Shown: piece by piece, positions 1-8,716 of the stretch
Position numbering within the stretch: the stretch's first letter is position 1
How the letters are laid out: every line of letters begins with the position of its first letter
Notes under the pieces: generated by a model
Told to the model about the DNA's origin: nothing
Database searches by the model: none
What the model saw: only the letters and a program-made list of their open reading frames with translations
Position numbers and translations under genes: made by a program
Origin: Caldilineae bacterium
GTDB lineage: Bacteria > Chloroflexota > Anaerolineae > JAAEKA01
Assembly (NCBI GenBank): GCA_020634555.1
Contig: JACKBK010000006.1
Span: forward strand, 64,373 to 128,372
DNA: 64,000 nt
Direction: 5' to 3'

Positions 1-398
1 TCAATTCCGGCCACCGGGTGCAGGACATCCGCCTCGACCACGCGACGGTGCAGTACTTGTACCACCAGGACGACATGTATACCTTCATGGACCTGGAGAC
101 CTACGAGCAGCCCATGCTCACAGCCGATACGCTGGGCGGCGCGGTGTACTACCTGATGCCGGAGATGACGCTGGAGGTTGTCAGCTACGAAGGCAAGCCC
201 ATCGACATCGAGCTACCCACCACCGTAGACATGGAAGTGACCTACACCGAGCCAGGATTCGCTGGCGACACTGCCACGGGCGCTACCAAGGAGGCGGAGT
301 TCGAGACCGGTCTGAAGGTGCAGGTGCCGCTGTTCATCAATGTCGGTGATACAGTCCGCATCGATACCCGCTCAGACAGCTACGTCACCCGCGTGTGA
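1..398 (+). CDS. efp: Elongation factor P, C-terminal part (5' end cut by window edge)
   Basis: Track ORF 18..398 stays open to the window start in the same frame. The translation ...VQYLYHQDDMYTFMDLETYEQ...TYTEPGFAGDTATGATKEAEFETGLKVQVPLFINVGD... is the typical EF-P OB-domain II/III sequence. Confidence 0.9.
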   Translation, partial: NSGHRVQDIRLDHATVQYLYHQDDMYTFMDLETYEQPMLTADTLGGAVYYLMPEMTLEVVSYEGKPIDIELPTTVDMEVTYTEPGFAGDTATGATKEAEFETGLKVQVPLFINVGDTVRIDTRSDSYVTRV

Positions 399-412
399 TC
401 TCTCGGACCGCT

Positions 413-461
413 GCGTATCAGGTGACAGTCACTTTCCGAAAGTGACTGTCACCTGATACGC
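413..461 (+). terminator. Perfect 23-bp-stem hairpin 15 nt after the efp stop (gcgtatcaggtgacagtcacttt-ccg-aaagtgactgtcacctgatacgc)
   Basis: The two arms are exact reverse complements, read directly. No T-tract follows, so it may be a REP-like or protein-binding palindrome rather than a classical intrinsic terminator. Each arm contains the sub-palindrome GTGACAGTCAC. Confidence 0.45.
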
Positions 462-477
462 CACACCTGGCTATCAT

Positions 478-506
478 TTGGCGTTCATGTGCTAGCTGAT
501 TATAAT
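478..506 (+). promoter_or_regulatory. Sigma-70-like promoter for the tRNA (TTGGCG-17 nt-TATAAT)
   Basis: The -35 ttggcg lies at 478-483 and a perfect TATAAT at 501-506 with a 17-nt spacer. The element ends 29 nt upstream of the tRNA 5' end. Confidence 0.4.
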
Positions 507-534
507 CGGATTGCCGGTCGCTTTCCGGCATTGC

Positions 535-607
535 GCCACCCTAGCTCAGTCGGTAGAGCAGCGCATTCGTAATGCGCCGGTCGTCGGTTCAAATCCGACG
601 GGTGGCT
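535..607 (+). tRNA. tRNA-Thr (anticodon CGU)
   Basis: Manual cloverleaf. Acceptor gccaccc/gggtggc, D-arm gctc-agtcggta-gagc, anticodon arm gcgca-ttCGTaa-tgcgc, variable loop cggtc, T-arm gtcgg-ttcaaat-ccgac, discriminator t. CCA is not encoded. Confidence 0.9.
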
Positions 608-659
608 CCTCCCAGCCTCGCCAGGCGCACCACGCAGGCGGGGCCTCACTGAAGCGTGT

Positions 660-690
660 AGCCCCAACCGCCTGGGTTGGGGCTTTTCTG
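660..690 (+). terminator. Intrinsic terminator after tRNA-Thr
   Basis: The stem gccccaacc / ggttggggc has a 5-nt loop and is followed by tttt. Confidence 0.7.
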
Positions 691-735
691 TTGAGTTAAT
701 CCATCATCGCATGTAGCGCGAGCATAGAGGTACCT

Positions 736-2154
736 GTGACCCGCAGCGACTCGTCGCCGGCAGTTTCATCCCCGGCAGCGCTCCCGACACCCGACAACAC
801 TGCACACCCGATCGACCGGCTCTACCGCGCGCTGGCCAGCGATCGGGTGCTGGCGGTTGTCGCCGTGTTGGTGGGAGCGGCGCTGCTAGCCAGTCTCCTC
901 CTGCCACAACTGCCAGCCGATCGCAGCGAACCAGAGGCAGCCGCCCGTTGGTTGGCCGAGACAGCCGGCCAGTTTGGCTCGTTGGGCGGTCTGATGGCCG
1001 GCGTCGGGGTTTTCAACCTGTGGAACAGTTTTTGGTTCCAGGCGTTGGCCGGGCTGCTGGCCTTTATTCTGCTGCTGCGGCTTGGTCTGGCAATTGGCAA
1101 CGCATTGCGGCGTCTGCGCAATCCCGATCCGCGCGCCGCGGCCAGTCAGGCGCAACGCTGGCCACTCCATGCCGCAGTGCATCTGGAACAGGACGCGGGC
1201 AGCGCCGGCCTGCAACAAGACTTGGTCAATGAAGGCTGGCGCGTAGTTTCCACGACACAGGGCGGCAACGATCTGGTGATTGCCGAGCGTAGCCGCGCCG
1301 GCGTGATCGCTCCGATCCTGGTTACCGGTGGATTGCTGGTAGTCCTGGTCGGTCTTTGGCTGGGGCAACTGGTGGGCTGGCAAGAAAGCGGATTGACCCT
1401 CGCGCCGGGCGAAACGGTCGTGCTGGCCAACCATCCGGACAGCGCCCTCAGCGCAGGCCCGGATGTGGACGGCGCGCTGAGCGAGATTAGCATCGACCGA
1501 GGCGCCAGTGTATCTGAGACAGTCACATTTTCTGCCGGCGGCGCCGCGCGACTTGATGGCATCGCACTCAATCGGCGCTCCCAGGGCCCCGCGCTGGCAG
1601 TCAGCGCTGCCGGACCGGGCGGCGAGACGTTGCAACTCCAGCGAATGGAGGCGCAGCCGGAGTCTGCGCCTTCGTTGACGTTGGTGTTCGACCAGCCGCG
1701 TTCGGAGCAGGTGTTTCTGCTGCCTGATCGCCAGCTCGTCTTCAGCATCGTCAGTTTCCCTGCCCTGCCGGAGCGTGGTTTTTCCGGGCCGACGTTCCTT
1801 GTACAAGCTTTTCGCGCCGGGCAGCGCGAGCCGCTGTTGAACGCGTTTGTTGACGGCGATGCCAGCTTGAGCGTCGGCGAGGACATGTTGCATCTGAGCG
1901 CCGGCCAGTTCATCACCGTAGACGTCAGCTACGACCCAACCCGGCCGCTGATCTGGTTAGGGATGGCTCTGGCGATTTTGGGCGTTGCACTGGCACTCTG
2001 GCGGCCGGCCGGCCAGCTACTCTTGTCGGTACCGCGCGAAAGCGGCCATATTGCCGTGCAGGCAAGCCTCAACCCGGCATGGTCCTGGCGTGAGGCGAAC
2101 CGCTGGCTGGCAGCCTGGACGGCAACCTACGGCCAGGAGGACCAACCGTCATGA
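736..2154 (+). CDS. ResB/Ccs1-like cytochrome c biogenesis membrane protein (family assignment tentative)
   Basis: 472-aa ORF with a GTG start and agagg 7 nt upstream. The N-terminal ...IDRLYRALASDRVLAVVAVLVGAALLASLLLPQ and ...NLWNSFWFQALAGLLAFILLLRL resemble the ResB N-terminal TM motifs. A large soluble middle region and a C-terminal TM segment follow. The 4-nt ATGA overlap with udk suggests translational coupling. Confidence 0.5.
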   Translation: MTRSDSSPAVSSPAALPTPDNTAHPIDRLYRALASDRVLAVVAVLVGAALLASLLLPQLPADRSEPEAAARWLAETAGQFGSLGGLMAGVGVFNLWNSFWFQALAGLLAFILLLRLGLAIGNALRRLRNPDPRAAASQAQRWPLHAAVHLEQDAGSAGLQQDLVNEGWRVVSTTQGGNDLVIAERSRAGVIAPILVTGGLLVVLVGLWLGQLVGWQESGLTLAPGETVVLANHPDSALSAGPDVDGALSEISIDRGASVSETVTFSAGGAARLDGIALNRRSQGPALAVSAAGPGGETLQLQRMEAQPESAPSLTLVFDQPRSEQVFLLPDRQLVFSIVSFPALPERGFSGPTFLVQAFRAGQREPLLNAFVDGDASLSVGEDMLHLSAGQFITVDVSYDPTRPLIWLGMALAILGVALALWRPAGQLLLSVPRESGHIAVQASLNPAWSWREANRWLAAWTATYGQEDQPS

Positions 2155-2783
2155 GCGCAGACACCCGGCCCATCGTGATCGGTGTGGCGGGCGGCACCGG
2201 TTCCGGCAAGACCACGGTCGCGCACGCCATCCTGGAGAAGGTCGGTTGGAACCGCATCGCCTTCATTCAACACGACTCCTACTACTACGACGCCTCGAAC
2301 CTGCCGCTGGCGGAACGGGCCCGCCTCAACTTCGACCACCCCGACTCGCTGGAGACGCCGCTGTTGGTGGAGCATCTGCAAACGCTGCGAGCCGGCCGGC
2401 CGGTCAACATTCCCGTCTACGATTTCCGCGCCTTCACCCGCACCAGCGAGACTCGCCTGGTGCAGCCGGAGCCGGTGATTCTGGTCGAGGGCATCCTGAT
2501 CTTCGCCGAGCGGGTCCTGCGCGAGCTCTTCGACGTCAAGATCTTCGTCGACGCCGATTCTGACATCCGTTTCATCCGCCGGCTGGAGCGGGACATCAAG
2601 GATCGCAGCCGGTCGCTGGAGTCGGTGGTCGAGCAGTACCTGACAACGGTGCGTCCTATGCACCTTGAGTTCGTCGAGCCCAGCAAACGCTACGCCGACG
2701 TGATCATCCCGGAAGGCGGCCACAACAAGGTCGCGTTGGACATGGTTGTGGCGCGCGTGCAGACGCTATTGGGTGCAACCTAA
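2151..2783 (+). CDS. udk: Uridine kinase
   Basis: P-loop IGVAGGTGSGKTTVA, plus ...FDHPDSLE..., ...ILVEGILIF... and ...RRLERDIKDRSRS..., the canonical uridine/cytidine kinase motifs. Length is 210 aa. Confidence 0.9.
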   Translation: MSADTRPIVIGVAGGTGSGKTTVAHAILEKVGWNRIAFIQHDSYYYDASNLPLAERARLNFDHPDSLETPLLVEHLQTLRAGRPVNIPVYDFRAFTRTSETRLVQPEPVILVEGILIFAERVLRELFDVKIFVDADSDIRFIRRLERDIKDRSRSLESVVEQYLTTVRPMHLEFVEPSKRYADVIIPEGGHNKVALDMVVARVQTLLGAT

Positions 2784-2817
2784 AGAAGTTCGACTTTTTC
2801 GGCAAAGTCGAACTTCT
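2784..2817. repeat. Hairpin repeat family copy 1 (agaagttcgac-tttttcggcaaa-gtcgaacttct)
   Basis: 34-nt near-perfect palindrome that starts immediately after the udk TAA. Confidence 0.9.
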
Positions 2818-2842
2818 CAGATGGATGACGCCCTATGTTTTC

Positions 2843-2876
2843 AGAAGTTCAACTTTGCCGAAAAAGTTGAACTTCT
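2843..2876. repeat. Hairpin repeat family copy 2 (agaagttcaac-tttgccgaaaaa-gttgaacttct)
   Basis: Same family with the loop in opposite orientation. The stem carries a compensated G>A / C>T change relative to copy 1. Confidence 0.9.
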
Positions 2877-2908
2877 TGCGGCGCCGGCATGTTGAACTGC
2901 GCTGAGAC

Positions 2909-3709
2909 GTGACGGAGATTGCTTTGCTCAACAGCTACGATACCACCTTCATCGACCACTCTGCCGTGCTTGGCGACGGGTGTACGTTAGGCTTCGGTGC
3001 GGTGATCGAGGCGAATGCACAGATCGGACCGGGGTGCTCGATCGGCCACCACGCAGTGATCCATGCCGGCACACAGTTGGGCGCCGGCTGCCGCGTCGAG
3101 GCCCACGCGGTGCTGGGCAGGCAGCCGCGGCCAGCCGCCACCAGCACCGTGCGACCGCCGGCCCACCTGCCGCCGTTGGTCATCGGCGAAGGGACCAGCA
3201 TCGGTGCGGGTGCAGTAGCTTATGCCGGGACGACCATCGGCAGCCAGTGTCTGCTGGGCGACCACGCCTTTGTGCGCGAGAGCTGCACGATCGGCGACCT
3301 CGTGGTGGTTGGAACGCACGTGACCGTCGAAAACGAGGTCAGCATTGGCAGCCATAGCAAGCTGCAAACAGGCACCTACATCGCCGCCTGGACAACGATT
3401 GAGGAACACTGTTTTATCGCGCCGTGCGTCGTGACCAGCAACGACAACTTCATGGGCCGCACTGAGGCGCGCTTCGCCCAGCGCGGTGGTCCGACCATTC
3501 GCCGCGGCGCGCGTGTTGGCGCTAACGTCACACTTTTACCCAACGTCGAGGTCGGCGCAGAGGCTTTCGTCGCGGCCGGAGCGGTAGTCACGCGCGATGT
3601 TCCACCAGGCAAGCTGGTCATGGGCAGTCCGGCCCGTATCGTGCGCGATGTGCCACCGAGTGAGTTGCTGGAAGAGACAGAAATAACGGACTTGCTGAAT
3701 GCGCCATAA
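2909..3709 (+). CDS. Left-handed beta-helix (hexapeptide-repeat) sugar N-acyltransferase, WbpD-like
   Basis: Imperfect hexapeptide repeats run throughout (GDGCTLGFGAVIEANAQIGPGCSIGHHAVIHAGTQLGAGCRVEAHAVLG...). The C-terminal ...IRRGARVGANVTLLPNVEVGAEAFVAAGAVVTRDVPPGKLVMGSPARIV is typical of this family. GTG start. Confidence 0.75.
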   Translation: MTEIALLNSYDTTFIDHSAVLGDGCTLGFGAVIEANAQIGPGCSIGHHAVIHAGTQLGAGCRVEAHAVLGRQPRPAATSTVRPPAHLPPLVIGEGTSIGAGAVAYAGTTIGSQCLLGDHAFVRESCTIGDLVVVGTHVTVENEVSIGSHSKLQTGTYIAAWTTIEEHCFIAPCVVTSNDNFMGRTEARFAQRGGPTIRRGARVGANVTLLPNVEVGAEAFVAAGAVVTRDVPPGKLVMGSPARIVRDVPPSELLEETEITDLLNAP

Positions 3710-4148
3710 CGTGCAGGTTGATCAAAGCATCAAGATTGAACAGCCAGGCAACACGGTGTTAGCCTTCTCAAACGGAATCAGTTTCGCTGTCGTGGTCTCA
3801 CCGGATATTAAGCACGAGGCGATTCGGATATTGCGTGCTCGTGGAAAGAGCCGGGATGTCGCGCGTGTATTGGTGTTTGCTGCCGGTGTCTATCTCTTAC
3901 TTGCTGACTTTCTGGATAGCCTGGATCTGGTTGTTGTCGATACCGAATATGTCGGATATGACGCTTTGATCAAGGCGTTTCTGCTGCGCCACATTTGGCA
4001 GGAACACCCAATGTTTGATGGCCAGTGCATTATGTTTGCACAAGTAGGCAAAAAGTCACCGGCCCACGCGAAAGCCAATGCGGTGCGTCGACGTCAGGAC
4101 AAGGACTATCGTAAGTTGCAGTTACAAGAGGTAATAAGACTGTTGTGA
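3699..4148 (+). CDS. Hypothetical protein (149 aa), visibly lower GC than its neighbours
   Basis: ATG ORF overlapping the acyltransferase 3' end by 11 nt. I recognise no domain. It has one hydrophobic stretch (VLVFAAGVYLLLADFL) and a basic C-terminus (KKSPAHAKANAVRRRQDKDYRK). Its coding status rests only on ORF length and the lack of a competing ORF. Confidence 0.4.
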   Translation: MRHNVQVDQSIKIEQPGNTVLAFSNGISFAVVVSPDIKHEAIRILRARGKSRDVARVLVFAAGVYLLLADFLDSLDLVVVDTEYVGYDALIKAFLLRHIWQEHPMFDGQCIMFAQVGKKSPAHAKANAVRRRQDKDYRKLQLQEVIRLL

Positions 4149-4353
4149 GGAATCAGAAGATCGGGCGGGTCCCTTTCTGCCCAAATGGGCCGCCGGCCTT
4201 GTTGGCCAGGTGGGAACTGTTGTCAGGGTGTCACCCAAGAGTTAAGCCTCTCCTGCAGGGCGATGTTTCACGCCGGGGCGACCTGACCGCCCGATCTCTC
4301 TGCCCAAAGTATATCACAGTCTGTCAAGGTTTACCAAGAGGAGTTCACCGTTT

Positions 4354-5457
4354 ATGATCCCCATCCTGGATCTAAAAACTCAGTACGACTCGCTGCGCGT
4401 TGAGATCGCGGAGGCCATCAATCGGGTGTTGGAGAGCAGCCAGTTTGTGTTGGGGCCGGATGTGGCCGCGCTGGAGCGGGAGGTGGCTGCGTTCTGCGAC
4501 TGCGACTATGGTGTCGGTGTGGCGTCAGGCACCGATGCCCTGCGACTCTCGCTGGCTGCACTGAACATCGGCCCCGGCGACGAGGTGATCACCACGCCGT
4601 TCACCTTCGTCGCGACTGCCAATACCATCAGCCACAGCGGCGCGACGCCGGTCTTCGTTGACATCGAGCCCGACACGTTCAACATCGACCCGGCCGCGGT
4701 CGCCGCCGCCGTCACGCCGCGCACCAGGGCCATCGTGCCGGTGCATCTCTACGGCCAGCCGGCCGACATGGACGCGATCATGGATATCGCACGCCGTCAC
4801 GACCTGTACGTCATCGAGGACGCCGCCCAGGCCATTGGCGCAAGCTACAAAGGGCGGCGAGCGGGCAGTATCGGCACAGTGGGCTGCCTGAGCTTTTACC
4901 CGACCAAGAACCTGGGGGCGTACGGCGACGCCGGCATGGTCGTCACGGACGACGCGGCGCTGGCCGAACGGCTGGACCTGCTGCGGCGACAGGGCGGCAA
5001 GGATCGCTACTTTCACCAGGAACTGGGCTTCAACTCGCGGTTGGACAGCTTGCAGGCCGCGGTGCTGCGGGTCAAGCTGCGCTACCTGGACGGCTGGCAG
5101 GAGGCGCGCCAGGAGGTGGCAGCCCGCTACGACGCGATGTTGGCCGCGTCCGGCGTACCGGTGACGACGCCGGTCGTACGGCCAGATATGCGCCACGTCT
5201 ACCACCAGTACACGCTGCGCGCCCCGCGGCGGGACGAGCTGCTGGCGCACCTGAACAGCCGCGGCATCGGCGCCGTCGTTTACTACCCGCTGCCGCTGCA
5301 TCTGCAAGGGCTGTATGCCGATCTGGGATTGGGCGAAGGTTCGCTGCCTGTGGCCGAGCAGGCCGGACGCGAGGTGCTATCGCTGCCCATGTACCCTGAG
5401 CTGACCGAGACGCAGCAGGAGCAGGTGGTGGCGGCCATTGCTGAGTTCTACCGCTGA
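4354..5457 (+). CDS. DegT/DnrJ/EryC1/StrS-family PLP-dependent sugar aminotransferase
   Basis: The N-terminal MIPILDLKTQY...VLESSQFVLGPDV..LE.E.A, then ...GVASGTDALRLSL..., ...TPFTFVATANTI... and ...SFYPTKNLGAYGDAG are family hallmarks. SD aagaggag lies upstream. Confidence 0.9.
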   Translation: MIPILDLKTQYDSLRVEIAEAINRVLESSQFVLGPDVAALEREVAAFCDCDYGVGVASGTDALRLSLAALNIGPGDEVITTPFTFVATANTISHSGATPVFVDIEPDTFNIDPAAVAAAVTPRTRAIVPVHLYGQPADMDAIMDIARRHDLYVIEDAAQAIGASYKGRRAGSIGTVGCLSFYPTKNLGAYGDAGMVVTDDAALAERLDLLRRQGGKDRYFHQELGFNSRLDSLQAAVLRVKLRYLDGWQEARQEVAARYDAMLAASGVPVTTPVVRPDMRHVYHQYTLRAPRRDELLAHLNSRGIGAVVYYPLPLHLQGLYADLGLGEGSLPVAEQAGREVLSLPMYPELTETQQEQVVAAIAEFYR

Positions 5458-5509
5458 ATCTGCCGGATGAACGCTGCAACGGTATAATGCAGCCCGGACA
5501 GACCTTCCC

Positions 5510-6688
5510 ATGCAAACCCAGACGCGAGTGCAGACAAGCAGCGCAGTCAGAAGTTCGACTATTCCGAAAAAGTCGGACTTCTCAGAGTCGTCCTTCGCTG
5601 GCCTGACGGTTTGTGTGGTCGGTCCGCACTATCCGCGGCCGGGCGGCGTCTCCACGCAGGTAGAGATGCTGGAAAGCTGTCTGCGCGGCGAGGGCGCGAC
5701 GGTCCGCCCGGTGGACACCAACGTGCAATCGTTGCGACACCTGGGAAGGCCGGGGCGATGGCTGCTGCCCGCCGCGCAGGTGATGATTGTGCCGGTTCGA
5801 CTCTGGCGGGCAGCCGCTGGCGCGGATATAATCCACGCGCACCTGGCGTCGTATTGGGGCTTCTACCTGCCGATGCTGGCCGTGGCGCTGATCGGCAAGC
5901 TGCGCGGCGTGCCGTCCGTGGCGACCTACCACGGCGGCAAGGCTGCGGAATTTGTAACCGACCACAAAACCAGTGTCCGCGCGCTGCTAAACCGGCTGGA
6001 TGCCTTGATCGTCCTGTCGTCCTTTACCGGCCGGGTGTTTGAAGGTCTCGGCTTGAAGCCGGTCGTTGTCCCAAATGTGATCGACCTGCAACAGTTCCAA
6101 CCAGAACCGCCGGGACCGGGGTCCTCGCGGCTGTCCGAGCCAGATCGTCCGGCGTTGCTCTGGGTCAAGAGCTTCGACGACTCCGGCAACCCTGCACTGA
6201 TGGTCGAAGCGTTTGCGAGACTGCGCCGCGACCTTCCCAGAGCAACGCTGACCATGATCGGTGACGGCCCGCGCCTGCCAGACGCACGGGCACAGGCGGA
6301 GGCGCTCGCTACGCCGGTCTATTTTGCCGGCCGTGTCCCTTACGACGCGATGGCGCAGGCGTACGAGAAAGCCGACATCCTTGTGATTTCCAGCGCCGTA
6401 GACAACCAGCCCAACGTGCTGATCGAGGCCTCGGCCAGCGGGCTGCCGGTGGTTGCAACCGCGGTTGGCGGCATTCCCGACATGGTCGAGGACGGCGTGA
6501 ACGCTCTGCTGGTCGCACCAGACGACGCGGACGCGCTGGCAGCAGCCGTGTTGCAGGTCGCGCGCGACCCTAATCTGGCCGGTCGTCTTGGCCACGCCGC
6601 CGTTGAAAACGCCCAGAGGTACACGTGGATGCAGGTGCGCGGCCAACTGGCAGCAGTGTACCGACAGGTGATTCGAGGCGATCAATGA
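5510..6688 (+). CDS. Glycosyltransferase family 4 (GT-B); N-terminal boundary uncertain
   Basis: ...VCVVGPHYPRPGGVSTQVE... and the C-terminal ...ISSAVDNQPNVLIEASASGLPVVATAVGGIPDMVEDGVNALLV (an E-x7-E type motif). The only canonical in-frame start is ATG 5510. This places hairpin repeat copy 3 (5549-5582) inside codons 14-25. Confidence 0.8.
   Translation: MQTQTRVQTSSAVRSSTIPKKSDFSESSFAGLTVCVVGPHYPRPGGVSTQVEMLESCLRGEGATVRPVDTNVQSLRHLGRPGRWLLPAAQVMIVPVRLWRAAAGADIIHAHLASYWGFYLPMLAVALIGKLRGVPSVATYHGGKAAEFVTDHKTSVRALLNRLDALIVLSSFTGRVFEGLGLKPVVVPNVIDLQQFQPEPPGPGSSRLSEPDRPALLWVKSFDDSGNPALMVEAFARLRRDLPRATLTMIGDGPRLPDARAQAEALATPVYFAGRVPYDAMAQAYEKADILVISSAVDNQPNVLIEASASGLPVVATAVGGIPDMVEDGVNALLVAPDDADALAAAVLQVARDPNLAGRLGHAAVENAQRYTWMQVRGQLAAVYRQVIRGDQ
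5549..5582. repeat. Hairpin repeat family copy 3 (agaagttcgact-attccgaaaaa-gtcggacttct)
   Basis: Degenerate member of the same palindrome family, lying within the predicted 5' end of the GT4 ORF. Confidence 0.85.
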
Positions 6689-7632
6689 CCGAGCGCCCCC
6701 GCACGGCGTTGATCACCGGAGCAGCCGGCTTTTGCGGCAGCTATCTGGGCGAGTTGCTGTTGGGACAGGGCGTCCGCGTTGTTGGCGTCGACCGGGTGGC
6801 GTCAAGCGGCGCGCCGTATCGATTCGAGTCACTGGACCTGCGCGACGAGGCGGCTGTGCGTCGAATCGTTGCCGAGACACGGCCGGACTGGCTCGTACAC
6901 CTGGCTGCGCTCACCGACCCGGCCGCGCCCGCCGGCGACCTGTATCAAGTAAACGTATTGGCAACGATCCGTCTGCTGGAGGTTGTCCAGACCGCTGTCC
7001 CTGACTGCACGGTGCTTATCGCCGGCTCCAGCGCTCAGTACGGGCTGACCAGGCCGGATGAGAACCCGATCACTGAGGCGCAGCTTTTTCGACCGGTTAC
7101 GCAGTATGCTGTCAGCAAGGCGACGCAGGATATGGTCGGCGGCATGGCCAGCGCGGCCGGCCTGCCGGTCATCCGCACCCGCACCTTCAACATCGTAGGG
7201 CCGCGGCAAAGTCCGGCCTTTGTCACGGCGGCTTTTGCCCGCCAGATCGCCGAAATCGAGCACGGACTGCGCGAGCCGGTCATCGAGGTCGGCAACCTGG
7301 CAGCGCAGCGCGACTTCGTGGACGTGCGCGATGTGGCGCGGGCCTATTGGTTGGCGCTGGAACGGGGCCGGGCGGGCGCAATTTACAACGTCTGTTCCGG
7401 CCAGGGACGCCGCATTCAGGAGTTGCTGGACGGGCTGCTGGCCTTGTCCACCGTCCGCGACATCGAGGTACGCCGCGATCCGCAACGTTTGCAGCCGGCC
7501 GATGTGCCCGCACAGGTTGGCAGCTACGACCGCTTGCGCGCCGACACCGGCTGGCAACCGCAGATCCCCTGGGAACAGTCATTGCGCGATCTGCTGGACT
7601 ACTGGCGGGCGTCCATGAACACTGAACAGTGA
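6685..7632 (+). CDS. NAD(P)-dependent epimerase/dehydratase (extended SDR; GDP-6-deoxy-hexose reductase-like)
   Basis: The track ORF begins at 6625. I prefer ATG 6685, which makes an ATGA overlap with the upstream stop. This gives MTERPRTALITGAAGFCGSYL (GxxGxxG), then ...YAVSKATQD (YxxxK). Confidence 0.85.
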   Translation: MTERPRTALITGAAGFCGSYLGELLLGQGVRVVGVDRVASSGAPYRFESLDLRDEAAVRRIVAETRPDWLVHLAALTDPAAPAGDLYQVNVLATIRLLEVVQTAVPDCTVLIAGSSAQYGLTRPDENPITEAQLFRPVTQYAVSKATQDMVGGMASAAGLPVIRTRTFNIVGPRQSPAFVTAAFARQIAEIEHGLREPVIEVGNLAAQRDFVDVRDVARAYWLALERGRAGAIYNVCSGQGRRIQELLDGLLALSTVRDIEVRRDPQRLQPADVPAQVGSYDRLRADTGWQPQIPWEQSLRDLLDYWRASMNTEQ

Positions 7633-7696
7633 ACGGCGCGGTGGCCAGAGCAAGGTCGAGCGCCGGCGGCCGCATGCAAAACACAGAATACCTACC

Positions 7697-8716
7697 ATGA
7701 GCATGACTGATAAAAACGACAACGAACTGAACTGGTCGAGCCGGCAAGTGTTGGTCACCGGGGCTGGCGGGTTCATCGGCAGCCACCTGGTGGAGCGGCT
7801 GGCCGGCGAGGGTGCATCGGTGCGGGCTTTTGTGCGGTACACCTCTCGTGCGGATCTGGGCTTGCTTAGCCTGCTGCCAGCCGAGATGCTGGCGCGGGTG
7901 GAGATTGTGGCCGGCGATCTGCGTGATGTCGAGGCGGTACGCGGCGCGGTCAAGGGCGTCGATACGATCTTTCACCTTGGCGCTCTGATCGCTATTCCGT
8001 ACTCCTACGTCCACCCGCGCGAGGTGGTTGACACCAACGTGCTGGGAACGCTGAACGTGCTGATGGCGGCGCGCGACCATGGCGTGCGGCGGATGGTGCA
8101 CACCTCCACCAGCGAGGTCTACGGCACCGCTCAATATGTGCCCATCGACGAGAAGCATCCGCTGCAGGGCCAGTCGCCCTATTCAGCCAGCAAGATCGGA
8201 GCCGACAAGATCGTGGAGAGCTTCGTGCGCTCCTTCGAAACGCCGGTGGCCACGCTGCGGCCCTTCAACACCTACGGCCCGCGCCAGTCTGCCCGGGCCG
8301 TGATCCCGACCATCATCACCCAGGCGCTGGTCAGAGACGAGATCCGCCTCGGCTCGCTGACGCCACAGCGCGATTTCACCTTCGTGGCCGACACGGTGGA
8401 TGGCTTCATGCGCATGGCCAGCGTCGATGCCGCGGTCGGCCAGGAAGTGAACATCGGCGCCGACTCGACCATCTCCATCGGCGACCTGGCGCAGCGCATC
8501 CTGCGATTGGTGGGCAGGGATCTGCCCATCGTTGCCGACGACCAGCGCAAGCGGCCTGCGGGTAGCGAGGTGATGCGGTTGTGGGCTGACAACCGCAAGG
8601 CGGCCGCGTTGATCGGCTGGCGGCCGCGCGTTTCGCTGGATGAAGGGCTGGCGCTAACCATTGACTGGGTGCGCCAGAACCTGGCGCGGTTTCGGCCGGG
8701 AGTCTACGAAGTATGA
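7697..8716 (+). CDS. NAD-dependent NDP-sugar dehydratase/epimerase (extended SDR)
   Basis: VLVTGAGGFIGSHLVERL, ...TSTSEVYG... and ...YSASKIGADK form the catalytic S/Y/K triad context of 4,6-dehydratase/decarboxylase-type SDRs. Confidence 0.85.
   Translation: MSMTDKNDNELNWSSRQVLVTGAGGFIGSHLVERLAGEGASVRAFVRYTSRADLGLLSLLPAEMLARVEIVAGDLRDVEAVRGAVKGVDTIFHLGALIAIPYSYVHPREVVDTNVLGTLNVLMAARDHGVRRMVHTSTSEVYGTAQYVPIDEKHPLQGQSPYSASKIGADKIVESFVRSFETPVATLRPFNTYGPRQSARAVIPTIITQALVRDEIRLGSLTPQRDFTFVADTVDGFMRMASVDAAVGQEVNIGADSTISIGDLAQRILRLVGRDLPIVADDQRKRPAGSEVMRLWADNRKAAALIGWRPRVSLDEGLALTIDWVRQNLARFRPGVYEV

Noticed and set aside
511-699. 62-aa plus-strand ORF
   Set aside because: It is entirely explained by the tRNA-Thr gene and its terminator.
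886-1916. Minus-strand ORFs of 335 and 256 aa (886..1893 and 1146..1916)
   Set aside because: Both are antisense to the ResB-like membrane protein ORF. They are mutually overlapping alternative frames with R/Q/A/P-rich composition.
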